A stretch of DNA of 64,000 nt from Macrostomum lignano (lineage: Eukaryota), in the NCBI GenBank assembly GCA_002269645.1, contig NIVC01002699.1:1-64000 (forward strand), in the 5' to 3' direction. Below, piece after piece: positions 12,149-22,140 of this stretch; within the stretch, counting starts at the first letter, position 1, and the number at the start of each line of letters is the position of its first letter. Below the pieces are notes generated by a model that ran no database searches, was not told the origin of the DNA, and worked only from the letters and a program-made list of their open reading frames with translations. The position numbers were made by a program, and so were the translations under genes.

Positions 12149-12910
12149 TATCTTTTGGTTTTTTGGGGTGCAGTGGGATGACTTCCTGTGTTTAATATTT
12201 CATAGTCTGGTTTCTGAGGTTAACATGTCATAGTCTGACATCGCATGCTGAAGATTTTCGTAGTCCGGGTTCTCATGTTTAAGATCACATAGACTTTTAA
12301 GGTTGCATTTTATCTATAGCTACTATTTGTTTTGTCTTCGTGGATATAATAACACATTTTCTGTGTTTATACTTGATCGCTCTTATTAATATCAATAATT
12401 TGTAGAATTTTCCTCCAATAAAAACCAAGCCAAAAACGTATGATACATTCCGTGCACTTTGGGTGTGTACGCTTTGATGTGTTTTTATTATATTTCTATA
12501 ACTCCTACAGCCAAGCTTTTCACATTTGAATAGTTGTTTATTTGTTAGTTATAACCAATCTAAATCAAAACAGACTTCCGTGGTTGCGGTGTTGAAAAAA
12601 AATAGTCAACTGTTGATTGATGATGTAAAGACTATCAATTATTAGTGGAAAGTAAAAGTTACACAACGATATCAGATATCATACCAGCTATCATACAGTA
12701 AATCTAACCTACCACTATCAAGTGTTTTTATTGGCCGTGTGGCCACCCCAACCGCTGATTGGCTAATGCAATACCACAGTCGTAGTTTTGCCTACCCCAA
12801 TGCCAAGCGCTGATTGGCTAATTTAACCAATCAATCCGAAGTCGTCGCTTATTGGTAGAGCTCTTTCTGACACAAGCCTATCGCTGATTGGCTTACTGCT
12901 TTTTACTGTG

Positions 12911-14223
12911 TTAGCTAGCTAGCTGCTGCTGTTCCTTGGAATCTGTTGCTTCAAAGTCCGTCTCGTCAATTTGAATAAACTGCTCCACACCGCAGGCTGT
13001 GTGGCATTGGCCCTCGCTAATGAACAGCAGACAAGCTTCCTCTGGCTGCCATTGGAAGCCGAGATTCTCTTTGAACACATCGCGCAATTCGTTGGCTCTC
13101 AGTACGCATAATTTCGAGTCACCGCGAAACAGTTTAACGGCTAGGGAGCCGCGGAAACGTGTTGCCACTCGGAACGTGCCAGTGAACTGGCGCTCCTTGA
13201 TCACTAGGCGAACTGTGACAGTTTTGCCTGGCGGTACGCTGACCGTCGTGTCCACAGTCCAGGCTAGCTCCTGTTCCACTGATTTCTCGCGCCGTCCTTC
13301 CATGCTCAACTGGCGGGACATGCTAGCGCTCAGCTCGAGCAGGTTGTTTGGCAAGCTCACTTTTAGTCCACTTTGGCCTTCAAATACGAAGCCTTTTGAG
13401 AGACTGACTGAGCACACTGACCGGGTGCTGCGCTGTGTGCTCAAAGCGTACTGCATCGGAGTGGCGGTGGTGTTGCTGTAGCTGGTCTTGAACAGCACGT
13501 GGTTGCGCTGCCACTGGCCGGTCCCAGGTTTGACCGTCTGGATATTGTGAGCACAGTGGGACAATGGAGACAAATGTCTTTTCATATCATATGTACACCC
13601 AAAAGCATGTTGAATGAGGACTGGAACTGAGAGTGGCAACTTTATTCCAAACTCTAGCCGTAACTCTTCACTATCTCCTCGCCAGCCTAAGCTAGGGCCG
13701 TGTGTGACGCAAATTGTATCACTCGCAGTTGAAGCGAGAACCGCGGGGCCAGTAACCATACTAACCATGGGGTGCCAGTCGCCAGACCAACCCTAGGGAC
13801 GCTTAAGGCCATCTAATTTGACCAGCCGATGAGGGGAATCACCGATGGCATTGTTAGTGAGTTGCTTATGCTCATTAAAAGTTGAGATAGAGAATTAGGT
13901 TAGTGGAAATATGGTCCCATTGTACCGTTCTCTACTACACTGTAGGATAGTAAAATCGATAATGTACCGCCAAGTCCCGAGACAACACGCTAAAGTAGAT
14001 TATATTATCAAACTGGGTGAATACGAAATTATCTACTTACTGAATACTCTGCTTCGTCATTATCCACGCAGAAATTATTGGTATCTATAACCATGCGCAG
14101 CTCTTGAAATGGCAACTTCATTCCGTAAGATTTTTCCAAATCGCGCTGATTAAACTTTTGATAGAAATCTTTGGCCCAGTCTTCGATCACCTCGGCCAAG
14201 TCTATTACTTTGCTTCGAGTCAT
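12911..14223 (-). CDS. ETX/MTX2-family (aerolysin-like) beta-pore-forming protein, 269 aa. Exons 14223-14041 and 13537-12911
   Basis: Phase-0 splice TCA|GTAAGT ... TCCAG|ACG joins MTRSKVIDLAEVIEDWAKDFY... to VLFKTSYSNTTATPMQYALSTQRSTRSVCSVSLSKGFVF...ELAWTVDTTVSVPPGKTVTVRLVIKERQFTGTFRV. This matches the recalled pattern of invertebrate ETX/MTX2-domain proteins (Ser/Thr-rich alternating hairpin, VxVPP motif). Confidence 0.82.
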
Positions 14224-16260
14224 TATTTGATTGGCCGGCCTTTTATTCTCAATGCAGTGATTGCGTTTTGTCGGTAAAATCAAAGAGAAAGAATATAGAT
14301 AATTTAAATTAACGTCGCCTTTGATTATCAGATAGATAATTAGATTTCCAAATACCGATAAGGATAAGCTTAGTTTTCATAGACCAGTCAGATGGTCACC
14401 GCTAGACGCGCCCTTATCTTGAGCTGAGGTTTTTTAGGCGGTTGGGAAATGCGTATGTGGGGTTGGCGGGTGGCGGCGGTGTCTGGCGGAGGGTGTTTAG
14501 GGCCTTGATGCTAGCGGATTTACTCTATATACTGCTGCAAGTGTGAGCGCATGGCGGGAGCGCGTCCGGCGGAGGTGGGGTGGGCCGTCGTGAAAAGGGG
14601 GGTTGGTCCATCCAACGCTGGGACTGGCTGGTTAGGTTTTGGTGGCCTTTTATTTCGTCTTTTAGGATTGGTTTTTCTCTCGACCTAAACCTAGCCTCTC
14701 GCCTCTCTCCGCTTCGTAATTTGGATGGTTCGGTTTTTGGGGAGGGGGTTTTGATGCCTGGGAGAGTGAAGGCTGCTGCGACTGCCTGCCGATTTGACTT
14801 GCAAAGGGTTGGGCTGGGCATTGAGTTGAGACCAAGAGAGTCAGATGGTTTTGGTTGGTCGGTGCCCTCCCCTAGATTTGCGGGTGTTCAGCAAGCGCGA
14901 ACAGATTCAACCAACGGACTTTGTTGGTTGGAGGACCCCCCATTGCAGGCTCGCAGTCAGTCAGTCACACAAAATAGCTGACGATCGCCGCCACCAACCA
15001 AAACCCGGCCTGGCGACTCCCGCCACCGCCTTCCCTGTCTGACCGACTCCCGACTTCACTCTCTCACGTGCTCACTGCAGGCACTCCGACTGGTGGAGCT
15101 ATCTCTCTCTGCCTGCAGCTGCTTTGCGATCAGCAAGAAAAATAGGGGAGGGATGGAGAGACCGGGAGACAGGAGGCAGGACTGTGTGAGGGAGGAACGC
15201 AAAGGTTGGAGCAGCTGAGCCGTTCCACCGTGAAGTAGTAGCATAGCATGGAGTCGCTGCGGGAGTTAATCATAGATCAATCTGTGGGTACGCGTATATG
15301 CTGTACTCCGTCACGACTCTCACTCTCTCACGGTCCTCTGTTTGATCCCAGACTTTCTCTCTCTCCGATCTCTCCCAGACCCTATGCAGCAGAAGCAGCA
15401 GAGCCTCACACTTCACTTCACTTCACTTCACTTTCACTCCACCCCCGCCCGTGCCGTGTGGCCACCCACTGCAGCCACACGCAACCTTGACTGCCGTGAC
15501 TAAAGTATATTATAATGGAGCACAAGAAAAAAGGAGAGAATCAAAGGCGAGGTAAAAGCAGAGCATTATTGACAAGCCCTGAAGCAAAAGAAAGTTTTTT
15601 AAGATACAAAAAACTATGCGTAGCCCTGCACGCGGTTATTGAAAAGGGTCAAGCTCATAGTCCCAAACCTAAGGCTACATTGATAATTGCATCTCTGCCG
15701 CTTATCTGAATTAGTGACGTTGCTGTCCACGGGGAGAAATAGGGGAGTACGGGCTAGTGCTAATGATTGTAATTTTGAATTTTGGGCTGCAGATCTGTAA
15801 GTGGCGGGTTCTACTTCTATCGACTCTACATGTCGATGCGTAAACAAAATGAATTCGATTTAACACTAGGAGATAAATGCTCAAAGGTGAACTAAAAACA
15901 ATCAAAACTAAATATAATATTAACTGTGGTAGATGTATAAAATTGCACATTATACCTGCGTATAGTACATATTAGAGTGAATTATACTGAGTAGTCTACG
16001 AGATAGCTACTGCAGCTCACAGCCTCCACAACAGTTGTGCACAGCATCCACATACAATATTAATCGAATATATCCAAGCATGGTAATTTTTTTATAGATA
16101 GCTAATCTCCCCTTTCTGCATTATTCGGACCAGAGTTTTTTGTTATACTCAAACCAAATCAAGTTAAGCCGAGTATTATCGATAACGATTTGTATGAGTT
16201 CAAACAGGTTAATTCGTTGGAAGCCTAACCACTACTCTAATTGGGCCGAGATATACGGTA

Positions 16261-16975
16261 AGATTTAGAGTGAGAGGGGTGGGATGGATGAGATTTAGAG
16301 TGAGAGGGGTGGGATGGATGAGATTTAGAGTGAGAGGGGTGAGATGGATGAGATTTAGAGTGAGAGGGGTGAGATGGATGAGATTTAGAGTGAGAGGGGT
16401 GGGATGGCTGAGATTTAGAGTGAAAGGGTTGGGATGGATGAGATTTAGAGTGAGAGGGGTGGGATGGATAAGATTTCGAGTGAGAGGGGTGGGATGAATG
16501 AGATTTAGAGTGAGAGGGGTGGGATGGATAAGATTTCGAGTGAGAGGGGTGGGATGGATGAGATTTAGAGTGAGAGGGGTGGGATGGATGAGATTTAGAG
16601 TGAGAGGGGTGGGATGGATGAGATTTAGAGTGAGAGGGGTGGGATGGATAAGATTTCGAGTGAGAGGGGTGGGATGAATGAGATTTAGAGTGAGAGGGGT
16701 GGGATGGATAAGATTTCGAGTGAGAGGGGTGGGATGAATGAGATTTAGAGTGAGAGGGGTGGGATGGAAGAGATTTAGAGTGAGAGGGGTGGGATGGATG
16801 AGATTTAGAGTGAGAGGGGTGGGATGGATGAGATTTAGAGTGAGAGGGGTGAGATGGATGAGATTTAGAGTGAGAGGGGTGGGATGGATGAGATTTAGAG
16901 TGAGAGGGGTGGGATGGATAAGATTTCGAGTGAGAGGGGTGGGATGGATGAGATTTAGAGTGAAAGGGGTGGGAT
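16261..16975. repeat. 30-bp G-rich minisatellite AGATTTAGAGTGAGAGGGGTGGGATGGATG (~24 copies)
   Basis: Exact 30-bp periodicity is visible. Confidence 0.98.
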
Positions 16976-17680
16976 GTAGGGTATGAGGGTGAGATTTAGG
17001 GTAAGAGGGTGAGACGTAGGGTTAGAAGGGTGAGAAGTAGAGTGAGAGGGAGAGGTGAGATTATGTTGATAGTGGGACGAAATGTACAGGGTGAGAGGGA
17101 TGAAATGTAAGGTGAGATGTTTTATCACTCTAATCTCAGCCTATCTCACCCTACATCTCACCCCATTATCCCAACCTCCAAAATCCCGCCATTCTAGGGT
17201 ATGCTACACACTGTAGTGTGCAGTGCAAGCAAGCTGTGAATATTTTCTATATTTTCGATTCTCCCATTATATAGATGCAATTTCCGGTAAGTCTTATTAT
17301 ACATTAGCACTCATAATTCACCGTCAGAGTCGTATTCTCTATTGAATAGAATGTGCGGAGGCTCCATGGGATCTGCTATTTCCTCAGTCCAACTTTGCAT
17401 GGGAGGCCCCACCCTAATCTCCTCACTAAGCTAACAAACACTAATGCTTTTGAGTCAGTTAGTCTGCTCAGCTTTGCAGCAGCTCAACTCAACTCAAACT
17501 CCGCTAGCTGTCAATTCACATTAATCTCTAACTTCCTAAATTGCAAGCCTGTATATAGACTTAAAGTCTGGACTCGGATTAGATAGAGTCAGTTCTCATC
17601 TGCTATAAATTATTGAATGCATATTGCGTGTTTCTCATCAAGGAGCTCAATACCATGGATATAATATTAAATATGTAAAT

Positions 17681-18022
17681 TAGATATCAGATAGGCGCCA
17701 AATTAGATATCATATATGCGCCAAATTAGATATCAGATAGGCGCCAAATTAGATATCAGATAGGCGCCAAATTAGATATCAGATAGGCGCCAAATTAGAT
17801 ATCAGATAGGCGCCAAATTAGATATCAGATAGGCGCCAAATTAGATATCAGATAGGCGCCAAATTGGACATCAGATAGGCGCCAAATTGGATATCAGATA
17901 GGCGCCAAATTGTATATCAGATAGGCGCCAGATTAGATATCAGATAGGCGCCAAATTAGGTATTAGATAGGCACCAAATTAAATATCATATAGGCGCCAA
18001 ATTAGATATCAGATAGGCGCCA
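17681..18022. repeat. 23-bp minisatellite TAGGCGCCAAATTAGATATCAGA
   Basis: About 14 tandem units. Confidence 0.96.
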
Positions 18023-18440
18023 AAAATATGAGTTGAGGTGAGCAAGAAGCAACCCATTCAACTGATTAAAAGGTGTTTTAGTCTGAGAAAATCGATTCTG
18101 CATTACCTATAAACTATACGCTCGTATATTATCCATCGTGGATTCATAGTATAGTACTTTCTGTTCTGATGTACCCATCAGCGGCCCTTAAGCTCTTTAT
18201 GCACTGCTTGTCTGCTATCTAGGTTAAATTTCAGATGCAAATTTTATTTATTTAAAAAATGAAATAAGGCATACGACCCGTGACTAAACTGCGACTATAG
18301 GGCTAAATTGCGTTTTAATTTGATTCGACCGCACTTTACCTCCCTCGTCGATTTAATTTTTAAAAACGCTACTTACTCAGATAGCGCTATCTCTCTTCAC
18401 TCACACACTCACTAAATCTCATTGCTCTCCAGGGGCTTAT

Positions 18441-19281
18441 TGGTGCTGGCGCCCCTTGGTGCTGGCGCCCCTTGGTGCTGGCGCCCCTTGGTGCTGGCGC
18501 CCCTTGGTGCTGGCGCCCCTTGGTGCTGGCGCCCCTTGGTGCTGGCGCCCCTTGGTGCTGGCGCCCCTTGGTGCTGGCGCCCCTTGGTGCTGGCGCCCCT
18601 TGGTGCTGGCGCCCCTTGGTGCTGGCGCCCCTTGGTGCTGGCGCCCCTTGGTGCTGGCGCCCCTTGGTGCTGGCGCCCCTTGGTGCTGGCGCCCCTTGGT
18701 GCTGGCGCCCCTTGGTGCTGGCGCCCCTTGGTGCTGGCGCCCCTTGGTGCTGGCGCCCCTTGGTGCTGGCGCCCCTTGGTGCTGGCGCCCCTTGGTGCTG
18801 GCGCCCCTTGGTGCTGGCGCCCCTTGGTGCTGGCGCCCCTTGGTGCTGGCGCCCCTTGGTGCTGGCGCCCCTTGGTGCTGGCGCCCCTTGGTGCTGGCGC
18901 CCCTTGGTGCTGGCGCCCCTTGGTGCTGGCGCCCCTTGGTGCTGGCGCCCCTTGGTGCTGGCGCCCCTTGGTGCTGGCGCCCCTTGGTGCTGGCGCCCCT
19001 TGGTGCTGGCGCCCCTTGGTGCTGGCGCCCCTTGGTGCTGGCGCCCCTTGGTGCTGGCGCCCCTTGGTGCTGGCGCCCCTTGGTGCTGGCGCCCCTTGGT
19101 GCTGGCGCCCCTTGGTGCTGGCGCCCCTTGGTGCTGGCGCCCCTTGGTGCTGGCGCCCCTTGGTGCTGGCGCCCCTTGGTGCTGGCGCCCCTTGGTGCTG
19201 GCGCCCCTTGGTGCTGGCGCCCCTTGGTGCTGGCGCCCCTTGGTGCTGGCGCCCCTTGGTGCTGGCGCCCCTTGGTGCTGG
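18441..19281. repeat. Essentially perfect 16-bp GC-rich minisatellite GGTGCTGGCGCCCCTT (~52 copies)
   Basis: Invariant units; this is the source of the VLAPLGAGAPWCWRPL pseudo-ORFs. Confidence 0.98.
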
Positions 19282-19834
19282 CTGTACGATTTCTTACATT
19301 CTCCTTTACAAGAATCAAATAGGCAGATTTATAACATTACGAATAGCTTTAACAAATTTATTGCATGCAGTGCGCTGTGCAAGATTAATTTACACCCTTG
19401 CGAAAAGAATTTGCCGATTCTTCAACACTATAGCACATGCCCTAGCTGCAGTTTGCCAAGTAAAGAAGCATATATATGTGTGTTAAAATGCGTAATTTGA
19501 TCAGCTTAAATTATAACATGTGTGCGTACAAGTTCTATCGTACTGCACACTACTTTTGTTTTGTGTTTGGTAATACTCTGGTCTAAGTTTTCTACTCATA
19601 GGATCTTTTGAAGTGTGTATCTCGTTAATTTTCGGTTTTTTCATTACCTATTGGCTCTACTCTACTGTAGCTCACCCCCCCCCCTCTTTGGTTTTGGCGC
19701 CGTTAGCTCCTGTTTAGGCGCCATTGATTCCTGTTTCATGGCGACATCAGCTCCTGTTTTGGCGCCATTAGCACCTCTTTTGGTGCGTATAACTCATGTT
19801 TTGGCGCCTTCAATCCTGTTTTGTTGCTTCAATC

Positions 19835-20225
19835 CTGTTTTAGCACCTTTAACTGCTGTTTTGGCGCCTTTAACCCCTGTTTTGGCGCCTTTAACTCCTG
19901 TTTTGGCGCCTTTAACTCCTGTTTTGGCGCCTTTAACCCCTGTTTTGGCGCCTTTAACTGCTGTTTTGGCGCCTTTAACTCCTGTTTTGGCGCCTTTAAC
20001 TCCTGTTTTGGCGCCTTTAACTGCTGTTTTGGCGCCTTTAACCCCTGTTTTGGCGCCTTTAACTGCTGTTTTGGCGCCTTTAACTCCTGTTTTGGCGCCT
20101 TTAACTCCTGTTTTGGCGCCTTTAACTCCTGTTTTGGCGCCTTTAACTGCTGTTTTGGCGCCTTTAACTGCTGTTTTGGCGCCTTTAACTCCTGTTTTGG
20201 CGCCCTTAACCCTATTTTGGCGCCT
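19835..20225. repeat. 21-bp minisatellite TGTTTTGGCGCCTTTAACTCC
   Basis: About 18 units, with degenerate copies from ~19690. Confidence 0.96.
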
Positions 20226-20751
20226 TCAACCCTGATTTGGCGCGACTGGCTTCGTTTCCGTGTTTGGGCGCCTTTAATTCCTTTTAGCTTCTCCGTTTCG
20301 CACCTTAAGCCCTCCAGACAGTGAAAATCCGCTGCTTGGCGATGCCCCTCTGATTTTTTGCACCAAGATATTTTTCGAGTTGAACACTTGCTATCAGATA
20401 TACAAAAAAATCTTATCTATTCGATGCTAAACATAAAGAATATGAAGTTTCTTCTAGCCTTTTAAATTACATGTAATCTGAAATGCAATTGCTTGTCACG
20501 AACGGCCGAGGGCAACCAACCGAAATGAAATGATCTGTTGAATTTGCATTGCCCTCTTTAAGACCATATACATGTATATAATATGCATATATAAAAAATT
20601 AACCAAGTAGCTGTTAACAGTTAGTAACTTCCTGGATTTAATCGTGGCTTTTGTACTTTTAACTAGCTCTTCATTTTGTGCAACTCGATACAAACTTTGA
20701 GCTAGATAGAAATGGAGTCGAGAGTCAAAGTGTAATCATTAAAATTGCATT

Positions 20752-21225
20752 GATTTTGGCGCCCCTTAGACATCGATTTTTGCGCCCTTTTGGCATCGAT
20801 TTTGGCGCTCTCTCAGCATCGATTTTGGCGCCCCTTTTGGCATCGATTGTTGCGCCCCTTTGGCATCGATTTTGGCGCCCATTTAGCATTGATTTTGGCG
20901 CCCCTTAGACATCGATTTTTGCGCCCTTTTGGCATCGATTTTGGCGCTCTCTCAGCATCGATTTTGGCGCCCCTTTTGGCATCGATTGTTGCGCCCCTTT
21001 GGCATCGATTTTGGCACCCCATTAGCATCGATTTTGGCGCCCCTTCAGCATCGATTATGGCGCTCCATCAGCATCGATTTTGGCACCGACTGACAATGAT
21101 TTTGGCGCCCATTTGGCATTGATTTTGGCGCCCCTTCAGCATCGATTTTGGTGCCCCATCAGCATCGATTTTGGCACCGACTGACAATGATTTTGGCGCC
21201 CATTCGAAATCAATTTTGGCGCCAA
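20752..21225. repeat. ~22-bp CATCGATTTTGGCGCCCC.. minisatellite with a ~139-bp higher-order duplication
   Basis: The block starting at 20752 recurs with the same diagnostic variants from 20891. Confidence 0.92.
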
Positions 21226-21890
21226 CTGACATTGAATTTGGGCCCTATCGAAATGAAATATGACACACTAAAGTAGCCCTATAGATTTTAGGAAATTCCT
21301 ACAGATATGAATGGATAAGATAATTACAAGCGGTTGGCTAGATAGATATCAGTTATCTTATCTCACTTTAGACTTCAGCAATAGGATTATTGCTAATCCC
21401 GCGTATGCATGGGAAACCACAGAGTACATCATGGTTTGCCAAAATTGCTGCATATATATTGTAACAGAGAGCTGTGGCAGACCTATACATGACATTATTA
21501 TAAGATTTTCTACCACACGATGTGCCACGCTTGGCTGGCTTGAAATTGCAGTCCGATTGGTTCGATATGAATCCGTTCTGGCCCTCTTACGCTTTGCTAC
21601 TACATGTATAAAGGAAAATACCCGATGAAGCGTGAAAGAATCTGTAATATAGACTGTTAGTGCAGGTCGTTTTAAGCTAAGATTATAGGGGTAAATTTCG
21701 CTTTCGGTTTTCGTCGAGCTTCTTAGTTAGATATTTGCGTGTTGTCTATGGCCAAACCCCTCCCTACGCAGTTAGAAAAAAGGAAGGCACTGATTTCACA
21801 CACAGACACACAAACACACACAGGATCGTGGCCAGGACTTTTTTGGGTCATTGGGGTCCCAGTATCAGGGGCACCAAGAGGTGCCAAAGG

Positions 21891-22140
21891 CAGGGGCATC
21901 GCCATGGATTTTATGGTGGAAGGGACAAAGCCAAGAATTCTAAATGTACACGTAAATTATTTTCAGAATCGGTGTTCTCAGCGCTCATTTTGGCACCGCA
22001 GACACTGATTTTGGTGTCACAGACGCTATATTTTGTCGTCCTGAAGCAAAATTATGGATTACCATAAAGGGTCGCAAGGATGGGTGGGGGACTGGGGGGA
22101 CATGTCCCCCTGCCCCCCCCCCCTGGTGGCGACGCCCCTG
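21891..22140. mobile_element. 250-bp MITE-like element with 14-bp TIRs CAGGGGCRTCGCCA
   Basis: Left end CAGGGGCATCGCCA (21891-21904); right end TGGCGACGCCCCTG (22127-22140), 13/14 inverted match, with poly-G/poly-C subterminal runs. No clear target-site duplication was found. Confidence 0.65.

Noticed and set aside
13538-13768. N-terminal 77 aa of the ORF-track protein 12911..13768
   Set aside because: This is intron read-through. A canonical phase-0 splice to the upstream exon (14223-14041) gives a family-typical N-terminus.
18422-20324. Long VLAPLGAGAPWCWRPL, VLAPLTP and CFGAFN repeat ORFs
   Set aside because: They are open only because the 16- and 21-bp units lack stop codons in several frames; no protein-like complexity.
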